Below are positions 34,500 through 44,710 of a stretch of 64,000 bases of DNA, piece by piece. This DNA comes from Bacteroidales bacterium (GTDB lineage Bacteria > Bacteroidota > Bacteroidia > Bacteroidales > M50B96): NCBI GenBank assembly GCA_018401015.1, contig JAGYLP010000009.1, positions 11,599-75,598 of the forward strand, given 5' to 3'. The first letter of the stretch is position 1. Every line of letters begins with the position of its first letter. A program made the translations under genes and the position numbers. Under the pieces are notes generated by a model. That model was not told where the DNA came from. It was given only the letters and a program-made list of their open reading frames with translations, and did no database searches.

Positions 34500-35897
34500 A
34501 TGACTAAATTACCCAATATGATGAAAAATTTGATGTATCTAAGCTTACTACTAGCCTTAGTCAGTAGCTGCTCAAATTACAGTTCATACGAACTCACCGG
34601 AGTCGAAGACCGGGAAACCTGGTATTCTGCCGAGCCTTATGGCATGAAATTCATCAAGCAAGGAAGTTACAACATGGGAATTAACGACCAGGATCCAAAC
34701 TGGGCAATGACCGCTCAAGCTAAAACGGTCTCGGTTTCCCCTTTCTGGATGGACGAAACAGAAATTACGAACAATGAATACCGTCAATTCGTGTATTGGG
34801 TTCGCGATTCGCTCGCTCGTCAACGACTTGGCGAAGAATACGAAGAATTTCTCATTTCGGAAGATCAATACGGCGAAGAAATCATCCCTCCCTACCTAAA
34901 CTGGGAAACAGAACTCATCTGGGACGATATCGAGTATCAGGAATCTTTACGTGATATGTATTTGGTTGAAAACGAGCGCTTCTATCGCCGTAAAGAAATC
35001 GATACGCGTAAACTCAATTACACCTATTATTGGGTTGACCTGAAGCAAGCGGCCAAAAAGTTCAATTTCGATGGAAATCATCGTCATCATTACGATTTTG
35101 AAACCGGACGCTACACCGGGCAAATCAAAAACAATCAAGGTGAATACGTCGATGTGCGCAGCCGTGCAGATTTCATCATGAAAGAAGAAATCAATGTTTA
35201 TCCGGACACCCTCTGTTGGATTGCCGATTTTACCTACTCTTACAATGAACCCCTCACCAATATGTATTTCTGGCATCCCGCTTACGACAATTACCCTGTT
35301 GTAGGAGTTAGCTGGAAACAAGCCAATGCATTCTCTCGTTGGAGAACCCAATTACACAATAATTACTTGGCAGGTACAGGCGGTGCCTTTGTTCAGGATT
35401 ATCGCCTTCCTCTCGAATCGGAGTGGGAATACGCAGCTAGAGGTAATCTCGACTTACAAATGTACCCATGGGGTGGATACTATACCAGAAACGACGTTGG
35501 TTGCTTCTTAGCCAACTTCAAGCCCATGCGCGGTAACTATGTCGACGATGGAGGTATCTCAACCGTCATGGTTGGTAGTTTCGAACCCAATGAGTTTGGG
35601 CTCTACGATATGGCAGGAAACGTTGCCGAATGGACATCCAATGCCTTCGATGAATCAGCCTACCAATTTGTTCACGATTTGAATCCCGATTATCAATATC
35701 ACGCTCAAGCCGACGATCCACAAACACTCAAACGAAAAGTAATTCGTGGTGGATCGTGGAAAGACGTAGCCGTTTACCTTCAAAATGGATATCGAACCTA
35801 CGAATTTCAGGATTCAGCTAAATCGTATGTTGGTTTCCGTTGCGTTCGTTCCTACTTAGGTCGCGACATTAACGACGGAGGTTCTACCACTTATTAA
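34500..35897 (+). CDS. gldK: T9SS ring lipoprotein GldK/PorK (FGE-sulfatase/SUMF1 fold)
   Basis: 465 aa. Lipobox LVSSC. SUMF1-type motifs (FWMDETEITNNEYRQF, PVVGVSWKQANAFSRW, RLPLESEWEYAARG, GNVAEWTS, RGGSW, GFRCV). Confidence 0.95.
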   Translation: MTKLPNMMKNLMYLSLLLALVSSCSNYSSYELTGVEDRETWYSAEPYGMKFIKQGSYNMGINDQDPNWAMTAQAKTVSVSPFWMDETEITNNEYRQFVYWVRDSLARQRLGEEYEEFLISEDQYGEEIIPPYLNWETELIWDDIEYQESLRDMYLVENERFYRRKEIDTRKLNYTYYWVDLKQAAKKFNFDGNHRHHYDFETGRYTGQIKNNQGEYVDVRSRADFIMKEEINVYPDTLCWIADFTYSYNEPLTNMYFWHPAYDNYPVVGVSWKQANAFSRWRTQLHNNYLAGTGGAFVQDYRLPLESEWEYAARGNLDLQMYPWGGYYTRNDVGCFLANFKPMRGNYVDDGGISTVMVGSFEPNEFGLYDMAGNVAEWTSNAFDESAYQFVHDLNPDYQYHAQADDPQTLKRKVIRGGSWKDVAVYLQNGYRTYEFQDSAKSYVGFRCVRSYLGRDINDGGSTTY

Positions 35898-35952
35898 TCA
35901 CATGTTTCATCTTTCAAATAATTATTAGTATCAATTTAAAGTATTCCTAAAA

Positions 35953-36777
35953 ATGAATTTAACGGAAATAGTTCAGAGTAAGAAGTATAAAAGGTTTATG
36001 GCTTACGTTTATGGTTGGGGAGCAGCAGTTGTTCTTATGGGAGCCTTATTCAAGATTAATCACTACCCTTATGCGTCTGAAATGCTTTTGGTCGGTCTCT
36101 CCACCGAAGCTTTGATTTTCTTCTTATCCGCCTTTGAACCCCTCCACGAACAATACGATTGGAGTTTGGTCTATCCTGAATTAGCCGGTATGGACAACGA
36201 AGATGAAATTTTTGCCGATAGTCCCGCACGATCTACTGCTTCAGGAAGTGGAAGCTTAGCCGATCAAATTCTCGAAAAAGCAGATATTGGAAAAGACACC
36301 CTCGAAAAATTAGGAAGTGGTTTAACAAACTTAGCTAATACGACATCCGCTTTAGCCGATGTTTCGGAAGCTACTGTTGTTACAAAAACCTATATCGATA
36401 GCGCAAAACTTGCCTCCGATACAATGCAGGGAATCTCCAAATCGTCTGAATCGTATAAAGAATTAGCCGAGAATTTGGAATCGAGCCTTAGCAATGTAGC
36501 TAACAATAGTTCCAGCTATAACAGTCACCTCGAATCAATGAACAAAAACCTCGCGGCTCTTAATGCTATTTATGAAGTTCAATTGAAAGGAACGAATCAG
36601 CACGTGAAGAATTCCGACGAGGCCTTTAAAAATATGAGCCAAATGATGGAACACCTTCTAAGTTCCGTTGAAAGCACCAAAAAATATAAAGAAGAAGTTA
36701 GTAAACTCGGAGATAAGCTTGAGGCGCTCAATACCGTTTACGGAAATATGCTTTCCGCAATGAATGTGAAGAAATAA
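35953..36777 (+). CDS. gldL: T9SS motor protein GldL/PorL
   Basis: 274 aa. Two N-terminal TM helices with conserved YGWGAAVVLMGALFKINHYP and GLSTEALIFFLSAFEP. Coiled-coil C-terminus. Confidence 0.92.
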   Translation: MNLTEIVQSKKYKRFMAYVYGWGAAVVLMGALFKINHYPYASEMLLVGLSTEALIFFLSAFEPLHEQYDWSLVYPELAGMDNEDEIFADSPARSTASGSGSLADQILEKADIGKDTLEKLGSGLTNLANTTSALADVSEATVVTKTYIDSAKLASDTMQGISKSSESYKELAENLESSLSNVANNSSSYNSHLESMNKNLAALNAIYEVQLKGTNQHVKNSDEAFKNMSQMMEHLLSSVESTKKYKEEVSKLGDKLEALNTVYGNMLSAMNVKK

Positions 36778-36812
36778 TTCGATTTGCTGACTAACTAAAG
36801 AAAAGAAAGACT

Positions 36813-38492
36813 ATGGGTGCAACGAATTGTCCGGAAACCCCGAGGCAGCGAATGATTGCAATGATGTATTTGGTACTGACAGCACTGTTAGCACTGAATG
36901 TATCGAAAGAAGTGGTACAAGCCTTCGTTTTAGTAGAACAAGGGTTGAGCACCACCATTGAAAATGTTAACGACAAGAATCAAGGCTTATATGATATTTT
37001 TCTGGAACGAGAGCTTCATGAAGAAATAAAAGTTCGTCCCTGGAGAGAAAAAGCCGACTTAGTTAAAGAAAAAGCAGAAGAACTCCGAACCTACATCGAC
37101 ACATTGAAAAAAGATATTATCATTCGTGCCGATGGTCTTGAAGCCCCTGCACTAGGCGATAACGGAGAACTCTATGTCGATTCCATTCAAAAAGCCGATA
37201 ACCTCGAAGCCGGAGGAATTGTGATGATTGGTCCCAGTTATGATGGGAAAGCCTACGAGTTAAAACAAAAACTCATTGAGTTCCGCTCATTTTTGCTAAG
37301 CGATATGGTTGATGCTAGCTCAACTTCACTTATCAACTCGCTGCAAGCTACACTGAATACCGATGATCCTCCTAAGAACTTGAAAGATGGCGACGTACAA
37401 AAAACATGGGAAATTGCTCGTTTCGATCAATTACCAATGATTGCTTGTATCACCATGTTGTCGAAAATTCAAAGCGACGTGAGTAATGCTGAATCGGATG
37501 TGATCAATCACCTTTTCGCGCAGGTCGATGCCAAAGAGATTAAAGTAAATAAAATCGATGCAGTTGTTCGCTCTCGTAAAGGAGTGGTTTTCACCGGCGA
37601 TGAATACAAAGCTGAGGTTTTCCTGGCAGCTTTCGATACCACCCAACAACCTACGGTCTATGTTGGGAAATACGACTCCCTCGAAACAAGCGACGGCGAA
37701 GTAGATTATTTTATGGTAGGCAATTTAGGTAAAGACTACGATACCCTCCATGTAGAAAATGGACGAGGATTTTATGAAGTACGAGCTGGAAGTGTCAATC
37801 CTGCTGTTTCCTGGGGAGGTTTAATCGAAATTGCTACTCCCGGAGGAGCTAAAAAACGATATCCTTTCGAATCGGAATATCAAGTTTCGGAAGCTACGCT
37901 CGTTGTTTCTCCAACGAAAATGAATGTGTTCTATCAAGGGGTACTCAACCCGGTTGACGTTTCCGTTCCCGGTGTAACGAAGGACAAACTTACCGTATCC
38001 ATGAAAAATGGTAAGATTACCCGCAATGCCAAAGACAATAACTGGATTGTTGAGCCCAGCCAAATCGACTTCTTAGGGAACAAAACAGAAATCATTGTTT
38101 CGGCCGATATCGATGGAGAACAAAAGTCGATTGGTTCCGTGAAATTCCGTGTTAAACGCGTTCCCGACCCTGTTGCTAAAGTTTTCAACCTAAAAGGTGG
38201 CGAGATTCAGAAGAATGTCTTGCTGGCTCAAGCAGGGGTCTTTGCCGAAATTGAAGATTTTGACTTTGAAATGCCTTTTGTTGTAACCTCCTTCCAGGTA
38301 TCTGCCAAACCAGGTGGATCCGATTACTGGGTGAAAGGCGACTCCAAAGACAACCGATTCACCGAAGAACAAAAAGGAATTATCCGAAATCTACGCCGAG
38401 GCGACAAACTGATTATTGATGACATTAAAGCCAAAGGTCCAAGCGACAATATTCCACGTAATCTGGCTCCTATCATCTTTAGAATTAACTAA
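36813..38492 (+). CDS. gldM: T9SS motor/periplasmic shaft protein GldM/PorM
   Basis: 559 aa. Conserved N-terminus PRQRMIAMMYLVLTALLALNVSKEV and a long periplasmic region. Confidence 0.92.
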   Translation: MGATNCPETPRQRMIAMMYLVLTALLALNVSKEVVQAFVLVEQGLSTTIENVNDKNQGLYDIFLERELHEEIKVRPWREKADLVKEKAEELRTYIDTLKKDIIIRADGLEAPALGDNGELYVDSIQKADNLEAGGIVMIGPSYDGKAYELKQKLIEFRSFLLSDMVDASSTSLINSLQATLNTDDPPKNLKDGDVQKTWEIARFDQLPMIACITMLSKIQSDVSNAESDVINHLFAQVDAKEIKVNKIDAVVRSRKGVVFTGDEYKAEVFLAAFDTTQQPTVYVGKYDSLETSDGEVDYFMVGNLGKDYDTLHVENGRGFYEVRAGSVNPAVSWGGLIEIATPGGAKKRYPFESEYQVSEATLVVSPTKMNVFYQGVLNPVDVSVPGVTKDKLTVSMKNGKITRNAKDNNWIVEPSQIDFLGNKTEIIVSADIDGEQKSIGSVKFRVKRVPDPVAKVFNLKGGEIQKNVLLAQAGVFAEIEDFDFEMPFVVTSFQVSAKPGGSDYWVKGDSKDNRFTEEQKGIIRNLRRGDKLIIDDIKAKGPSDNIPRNLAPIIFRIN

Positions 38493-38565
38493 ACAAACTA
38501 TTGCCTGAATACTCTCCCAATCATCCTAGTTAATTGGGAAAACTGAAACATAAAAACTACCGAAG

Positions 38566-39468
38566 ATGAAAAAAGTACTCGCTCTGCTCTTCTTAGGACT
38601 CGCTCTGGGATACATTATTCCTCCATCGAGTTCGGCTCAAGACGTACTGAATGGTGTTTACATAAAACAACGCGACAAAGAACGTAAACCCATCCCCTAC
38701 CGTCCGCTAATTGAATCGGATGTTGCCTGGGGTCGATACATCATTCGCATGATCGATTTGCGCGAGAAGATTAATCTTCCGCTCTATTATCCAACTGAAC
38801 GGATTTTAGATCGCGTAAGCCTTATCGATCTATTAATCTATGGTATCAAAGACGAAGGAAGTATCATTCCTTTTAATCCAGATCGATTTGCCGGACAAGA
38901 ATTTGATGTCCCAATGACTTGGGCGCAAATTGAATCGAAGTTCGATGCAACTACCGATACCGTTTTATCCTACGATCCAACTACAGGAGAACCGATCGAA
39001 ACCATCATTGCCGGCGACATGAATACCTCCGAGGTAAAACAGTATTTGGTCAAAGAAATGTGGTTTTTCGACCGTAAGCACTCTACACTTGAAGTGCGAA
39101 TCATTGGTCTTTGTCCTATTCGGGAATATATTCCTTCTTCCAATCGGGAGTTATCAGCTGAATCGGCTGCAATTGCCGAAGAGCTAGCTGGTGAAGTAAG
39201 AAGAGAGCAATTGTTCTGGGTACACTTCCAAGAGGCTCGTCCACTATTCGCAAACCATGAAGTGTACAATCCAAACAACGATGCAGAAAGTCGTACATTC
39301 GACGATATTTTCTTCAAGAGAAAGTTTGCCAGTTATATCGTTCAGGAAAGTAACGTATACGACAACCGCGATATCAATAAATATTCGCTTGGAAATCAAA
39401 CTTTGATGGAATCGGAGAGAATTTATGAGGAAATTTTCAGCTACGAACAAGATCTTTGGGAATACTAA
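38566..39468 (+). CDS. gldN: T9SS ring protein GldN/PorN
   Basis: 300 aa. Signal peptide. Conserved ESDVAWGRYIIRMIDLREKINLPLYYP and KEMWFFDRKHS segments. Confidence 0.92.
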   Translation: MKKVLALLFLGLALGYIIPPSSSAQDVLNGVYIKQRDKERKPIPYRPLIESDVAWGRYIIRMIDLREKINLPLYYPTERILDRVSLIDLLIYGIKDEGSIIPFNPDRFAGQEFDVPMTWAQIESKFDATTDTVLSYDPTTGEPIETIIAGDMNTSEVKQYLVKEMWFFDRKHSTLEVRIIGLCPIREYIPSSNRELSAESAAIAEELAGEVRREQLFWVHFQEARPLFANHEVYNPNNDAESRTFDDIFFKRKFASYIVQESNVYDNRDINKYSLGNQTLMESERIYEEIFSYEQDLWEY

Positions 39469-39487
39469 TCGAATCTGAAATAAAAAA

Positions 39488-39519
39488 AGAGGCAATTGAA
39501 TCAATTGCCTCTTTTTTTT
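39488..39519. terminator. Bidirectional rho-independent terminator (gldN / manC-like convergent pair)
   Basis: Perfect 11-bp stem agaggcaattg / caattgcctct with a 3-nt loop, an A-run before and a T8 run after. Confidence 0.85.
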
Positions 39520-39559
39520 AATACCAAACACTGAAATATCTATTCAGTTATTATTCGCC

Positions 39560-40645
39560 TTACAAGGAATCACTACCTAAATTTTTACGCACATCTTCTA
39601 CCATTTCACGAATACTTTGTTCTTCGTCCATCGGACAAATGAGTAAGTTTCCTTCCGACTCGATTACAATAAAGTTTTGGAGTCCTTTTACTATCATAAC
39701 CTTATTCCCTGAACTACGGATGATGCAATTGGAATTGTCGTAAGCAAAGATTTTATCGCCCTGCACAACATTCCCTTGTTCGTCGGGTTGTCCATGCTGA
39801 TATAAAGAGCCCCACGTTCCCAGGTCGGACCAACCAAAATCGGCCGAAAGAACAAAAACATTTGAAGCTTTTTCCATGATACCGTAATCGATGGAGATAC
39901 TTCGACACACTTGATAGGTGTTTTGGATAAACGAAGGTTCTTCCGGTGTGCCTAAAGAGTCTTTACCGGTTCGGAAGAGCAAATCAACATCGGGCAAAAA
40001 GCGACTAAAGCTTGCTTGTATTGAACTCAGTTTCCAAATAAAAATGCCGGAATTCCAGAGAAACTCACCACTTTCCAGAAAGACCTTCGCCATTTCAAGG
40101 TTGGGTTTTTCAGTAAAGGTTTTGACTTCCTGTATTTCTGAAACTCCGCGTTGTATCTTTTTTACCTGAATGTATCCATATCCGGTTTCAGGACGGCTTG
40201 GAGTAATGCCAATGGTTAGAAGAGCTTCATTTGTTTCGGTAAAGTCCAGCCCTTGTTCCATGGCTTTAAGAAAAGCCTCCTCATCGAGAATAAGATGATC
40301 GCTAGGAGCCACGATGATATTTGCATTAGGATTTTTCAGGGCAATCCGATAATTAGCATAAGCAATACAGGGAGCTGTATTCCGTCGGCTGGGTTCTAGC
40401 AGAATTTGATCTGCTTTTAACTCTGGCAATTGCTCATGTACGACATCGAAATACTCTTGACTCGTAACCACGAAGATGTTCTCGACATCAATGAGTTTTC
40501 GGAATCGATTAAACGTCTGTTGGATGAGGGTTTTCCCTGTTCCAAGGACATCGATAAATTGTTTGGGATGAGAATTTCGACTTAAGGGCCAAAACCGAAC
40601 GCCTGCTCCCCCAGCCATTATCACCAGGAAGTTATTGCTGCTCAT
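39560..40645 (-). CDS. Mannose-1-phosphate guanylyltransferase (nucleotidyltransferase, no cupin/PMI domain)
   Basis: 361 aa. N-terminal VIMAGGAGVRFWPLSR, KQF, EPSRRNTAPCIAYA, APSDH, DYGIMEKA, GWSDLGTW. Confidence 0.87.
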   Translation of the reverse strand: MSSNNFLVIMAGGAGVRFWPLSRNSHPKQFIDVLGTGKTLIQQTFNRFRKLIDVENIFVVTSQEYFDVVHEQLPELKADQILLEPSRRNTAPCIAYANYRIALKNPNANIIVAPSDHLILDEEAFLKAMEQGLDFTETNEALLTIGITPSRPETGYGYIQVKKIQRGVSEIQEVKTFTEKPNLEMAKVFLESGEFLWNSGIFIWKLSSIQASFSRFLPDVDLLFRTGKDSLGTPEEPSFIQNTYQVCRSISIDYGIMEKASNVFVLSADFGWSDLGTWGSLYQHGQPDEQGNVVQGDKIFAYDNSNCIIRSSGNKVMIVKGLQNFIVIESEGNLLICPMDEEQSIREMVEDVRKNLGSDSL

Positions 40646-40807
40646 AATTTTTCGATAATAAAATTAGTATTGTAGAGGTTTATTCATGACGGGTTTAAAC
40701 TTGCGTCGAATTTAGGAAATGCCCTATTCAAAGCAAAATCTATTCAGTTAATTGGAAAGATTATCGCTATTGAACCAATTGATTCTACCATGTCTGAATC
40801 AATCCTG

Positions 40808-40815
40808 TATATTTG
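40808..40815 (+). promoter_or_regulatory. -7 promoter box TATATTTG for the MlaE/ATPase pair
   Basis: Exact TAnnTTTG, 33 nt upstream of the ATG at 40849. Confidence 0.5.
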
Positions 40816-40848
40816 CCTTAAAAATAGTTTCACACGAAAAACTATGCA

Positions 40849-41598
40849 ATGTTTCAACAATCCTTCTTTCAATTAGGCCAATACATTCTGTTCATTAAAA
40901 AGGTATTTCAGAAACCTGAAAAGCTGAAAATGTATTGGATCCAGTACTTAAAAGAACTTGCGTCCTTAGGTCTGAATTCAATCGGAATTGTCTTTTTAAT
41001 TTCCATTTTCATGGGGGCAGTACTGACTATTCAAACGGGCATTAACCTGGAAAACCCTTTCATCCCTCTCTATTTAATTGGTTATGCTACCCGCGATTCA
41101 ATGATTTTAGAGTTTTCGAGCACCATTGTTTCACTCATTCTCGCGGGAAAAATCGGGTCGAACATTGCCTCCGAGATTGGAACCATGCGGGTTACCGAAC
41201 AAATTGATGCACTCGAGATTATGGGAGTAAATTCCGCCTCCTATTTGGTGCTACCGAAAATAGCTGCTGCTATTAGCTTTTTCCCTTTCCTGGTAATCAT
41301 GAGTATCATTGTAGGAGTTTGGGGAGGTTGGCTTGGCGGATGCGTTCTTACCGAAGTACTCTCCACCGGGCAATACATCGAAGGACTTCGCTACTACTTT
41401 TTACCCTATTACGTGGTTTATTCCTTAATCAAAACGAGCGTTTTTGCTTTCATCATAACGAGTGTATCCTCCTATTACGGGTACCATGCCGAAGGAAGCG
41501 CATTGGATGTAGGTAGAGCGAGTACTAAAGCGGTAGTTTATTCCAGCGTTCTAATCCTTCTTTTCAACCTCATTATCACACAATTACTGCTAGTATGA
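40849..41598 (+). CDS. MlaE-family ABC transporter permease
   Basis: 249 aa. RDSMILEFSSTIVSLILAGKIGSNIASEIGTMRVTEQIDALEIMG is the typical MlaE/Ttg2B core. Confidence 0.87.
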   Translation: MFQQSFFQLGQYILFIKKVFQKPEKLKMYWIQYLKELASLGLNSIGIVFLISIFMGAVLTIQTGINLENPFIPLYLIGYATRDSMILEFSSTIVSLILAGKIGSNIASEIGTMRVTEQIDALEIMGVNSASYLVLPKIAAAISFFPFLVIMSIIVGVWGGWLGGCVLTEVLSTGQYIEGLRYYFLPYYVVYSLIKTSVFAFIITSVSSYYGYHAEGSALDVGRASTKAVVYSSVLILLFNLIITQLLLV

Positions 41599-42362
41599 TC
41601 AAAATTCAAAACCTCTGTAAATCCTTTGATGAAGTCGAGGTACTACGCGATATTACCTTATCCTTTGAACCCGGCATCAGCAACTTAGTGATTGGGGCGT
41701 CTGGCTCAGGGAAAACCGTATTGTTAAAATCGTTAGTAGGTCTGCACGAAATAGATTCAGGTAGTATTTTGTACGATGGTCGGGATTTTTCTAAGATGAA
41801 CTTCCGCGAAAGGAAAGAAATACGGAAGGAGATTGGCATGGTTTTCCAAAGTGGAGCCCTATTTGATAGCAGCACTGTGGTTGAGAATGTGATGTATCCG
41901 ATGGATATGTTTACCCAAATGAGTCCGGAGGAAAAACTAGAACGTGCCAATTTCTGTTTATCTCGTGTCAATATTGTGAATGCCAATCACAAGTTTCCTT
42001 CCGAGATAAGCGGAGGAATGAGAAAACGCGTGGCCATTGCACGTGCTATTGCACTGAATCCTAAATACTTATTCTGCGACGAACCGAATTCAGGGTTAGA
42101 TCCCAAAACGGCTATTCTCATCGACAATTTGATTCAGGAACTCACTCAGGAATACCAAATGACTACCATCATCAATACACACGATATGAATTCGGTGATG
42201 GAAATTGGGGAAAAGGTTGTTTTTATTCACCAAGGAAAAGCTTGGTGGGAAGGGAGTCATCAAGACATTTTCGAGACGCAAAACAAGGAACTGGAATCAT
42301 TCGTTTTTGCGTCCAAATTTCAGGTTCACATCAACCAACTCAAGAAGGCTAGCGGAGGTTAA
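41595..42362 (+). CDS. ABC transporter ATP-binding protein (MlaF-like)
   Basis: 255 aa. Walker A GASGSGKT, signature SGGMRKR, Walker B YLFCDEPNSGLD. 4-nt overlap with the permease gene. Confidence 0.9.
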   Translation: MIKIQNLCKSFDEVEVLRDITLSFEPGISNLVIGASGSGKTVLLKSLVGLHEIDSGSILYDGRDFSKMNFRERKEIRKEIGMVFQSGALFDSSTVVENVMYPMDMFTQMSPEEKLERANFCLSRVNIVNANHKFPSEISGGMRKRVAIARAIALNPKYLFCDEPNSGLDPKTAILIDNLIQELTQEYQMTTIINTHDMNSVMEIGEKVVFIHQGKAWWEGSHQDIFETQNKELESFVFASKFQVHINQLKKASGG

Positions 42363-43242
42363 ATGAGGTAGAACCGATTAGTTTTCCATTGGCAAAAATA
42401 TCCACTGCATAATCGCCTTCCGGCAATTCATCGCGATTCTCGTAGTAAATACACACGGGGGTATCGTTTCCAAAATATTCCACCACACGGTTCGCAGAGT
42501 ACACAATTTCTTTCCCTTCGAAATCGAATAAATTCTCCGAAGAATGCGTTAAAACGACTTCGTCGGGACGGGCAATCCGGATAAAGAGTGGTATTTCGCC
42601 CTGTTGTACAATTAGATTCTCGTAAAGTGTAAAACAAACTTCGACCTTTTCGAGTCGTTTAGCGTAGCGGGTTGAACGCCCCCGGTTACGATAGAGGTTT
42701 ACTTCGAAAGCTCCGGTTTTTAGGGTAGAAGCCTGATCGACTTTTGCTTCCAGATCCTTCTTCGTTTCTTCTAATTGTGTTTTTTCTTGGGTTACCTGTT
42801 GGTACATCGATCGCACTTCGCGATTTTCGGCCAGAAGGATTTCGTTCTTCTGCTGAAGGGAATCGATTTGATGTACAAAAGATTGAAGCACATTACGGAT
42901 GGTGCCTAACTCTTTTTTATAGGACCGAATTTCGGCTTTGCTGGAATTAATTTCTTTGATGAGTGTTTGAATCTTCTCTTGTTCCTGAACCAACATAGCA
43001 TTGATACTATCGTTATCGGTTTTGATTGCATCATATTGCCGATACATTTCGTTCAGTTCGGCCTTAACCGATTCATTTTCCTTGGTAATTTCGACTACTT
43101 CAGTAATTTTTTCTTCGGTTAAGATAGTTTGCTCCCGCAACATCCAAAGTAAAACCAAGCTAGTACTCAAAAAAACGATTACCAGGGCAATCAGAATGGG
43201 TTTGTAATTTTGCTTTTTTTCAAGCATTTGATTGTTTTCCAT
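42349..43242 (-). CDS. Membrane-anchored coiled-coil protein with a beta-rich C-terminal domain, function unknown
   Basis: 297 aa. TM helix ILIALVIVFLSTSLVLLWML, about 130 aa of heptad-like E/K/Q-rich sequence, then a globular C-terminus. Its 3' end overlaps the convergent ATPase gene by 14 nt. Confidence 0.6.
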   Translation of the reverse strand: MENNQMLEKKQNYKPILIALVIVFLSTSLVLLWMLREQTILTEEKITEVVEITKENESVKAELNEMYRQYDAIKTDNDSINAMLVQEQEKIQTLIKEINSSKAEIRSYKKELGTIRNVLQSFVHQIDSLQQKNEILLAENREVRSMYQQVTQEKTQLEETKKDLEAKVDQASTLKTGAFEVNLYRNRGRSTRYAKRLEKVEVCFTLYENLIVQQGEIPLFIRIARPDEVVLTHSSENLFDFEGKEIVYSANRVVEYFGNDTPVCIYYENRDELPEGDYAVDIFANGKLIGSTSFNLR

Positions 43243-43438
43243 GTCGTATTCCAGTTTAGGCTACAAAATTACCAAATATTTTACTGCCTTTCATTCTTAT
43301 AATCAAATTAACTGAGAAGAGACCATCCCCAAAACGATAAAAGTATTAAACTAAGAATGAAGCTTTTAAACGACCTGTTCGCTTCCTTATTTTTATCTGA
43401 TCGATGAAAGATTCTCCCCTGACGCTGCGATAAATTTT

Positions 43439-43446
43439 TATCTTTG
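43439..43446 (+). promoter_or_regulatory. -7 promoter box TATCTTTG for pgk
   Basis: Exact TAnnTTTG, 33 nt upstream of the ATG at 43480. Confidence 0.5.
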
Positions 43447-43479
43447 CGTCGCGAGTAAAAACTTTAAAATTGTCCTTTT

Positions 43480-44670
43480 ATGTTTACCCTTGATAATTAC
43501 CCATTTGCAGGCAAAAGAGCCATTGTTCGAGTGGACTTCAATGTCCCTTTAAATGCTGCCTACGAGATTACCGACGATACTCGGATTCGCGCAGCGATTC
43601 CAACCATAGAACGAATTATTGAAGCAGGAGGTTCCGTCATCCTGATGTCGCACCTAGGACGCCCCAAGCAAGGTCCCGAAGAAAAGTTCAGTCTTATCCA
43701 TTTGATTCCTCATCTATCCAACTTGCTAAACAGAAAGGTAGATTTTGCCAATGATTGTATTGGTGAAGAGGCAAAAGAGAAAGCGAAGCACCTGCAAGCG
43801 GGAGACGTTCTCTTGCTGGAAAATTTGCGCTTTTACAAAGGAGAAGAAAAAGGCGATACCGGTTTCGCGAAAGCCTTGGCTGGCTTGGCTGACGTATATG
43901 TAAATGATGCCTTTGGAACTGCTCATCGTGCCCATGCTTCCACCACCATCATTGCCGATTTCTTTCCCAACGACAAATTATTTGGGTATGTAATCGAAGG
44001 AGAATTAAGCAGCATTGATAAGGTAATGAACGATGCTAGCGGCGTTTTCACTGCTATTTTGGGAGGTTCGAAAGTTTCCAGCAAGATTACCATTATTGAA
44101 AACTTAATGGATAAGGCCAACCACATGATTATCGGAGGAGGAATGATGTTCACCTTCATCAAAGCACTAGGTGGTCAAATTGGTTCCAGCCTGGTTGAGG
44201 AAGATAAATTGGATCTTGCACTAGAGCTCATTGAAAAAGCAAAAATTAAAGGAGTTGAATTGCACTTTCCGACCGATGCAATGGTAGCCCGTGAGTTTTC
44301 AAACGACAGCGAAAAAATGATTGTAGCCGCCAATCAGGTTCCCAATGGTTGGATGGGTCTGGATATTGGTCCCGAGAGTGCCACTCAATTCGCGTCGCTG
44401 ATTGAATCGTCGAACACCATTTTATGGAATGGTCCGATGGGTGTATTTGAGTTTTCAAGCTTTAATCAAGGAACCCGTTCTATTGCAGATTCCTTGGTAA
44501 AAGCGACTCAGCAGGGAGCTTTTTCCTTAATTGGAGGAGGAGATTCAGTTGCCGCCATTAACCAATATGGGCTCGCCGATAAAGTGAGTTACGTATCGAC
44601 CGGAGGAGGAGCCTTACTTGAATATATCGAAGGGAAAGAATTACCCGGAATTAAAGCAATAAGATCCTAA
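43480..44670 (+). CDS. pgk: Phosphoglycerate kinase
   Basis: 396 aa. [39 protein letters not shown]. Confidence 0.97.
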   Translation: MFTLDNYPFAGKRAIVRVDFNVPLNAAYEITDDTRIRAAIPTIERIIEAGGSVILMSHLGRPKQGPEEKFSLIHLIPHLSNLLNRKVDFANDCIGEEAKEKAKHLQAGDVLLLENLRFYKGEEKGDTGFAKALAGLADVYVNDAFGTAHRAHASTTIIADFFPNDKLFGYVIEGELSSIDKVMNDASGVFTAILGGSKVSSKITIIENLMDKANHMIIGGGMMFTFIKALGGQIGSSLVEEDKLDLALELIEKAKIKGVELHFPTDAMVAREFSNDSEKMIVAANQVPNGWMGLDIGPESATQFASLIESSNTILWNGPMGVFEFSSFNQGTRSIADSLVKATQQGAFSLIGGGDSVAAINQYGLADKVSYVSTGGGALLEYIEGKELPGIKAIRS

Positions 44671-44710
44671 GTAAAACGGTTATTTTCTTATCAATTTGAA
44701 ACAATCATCC

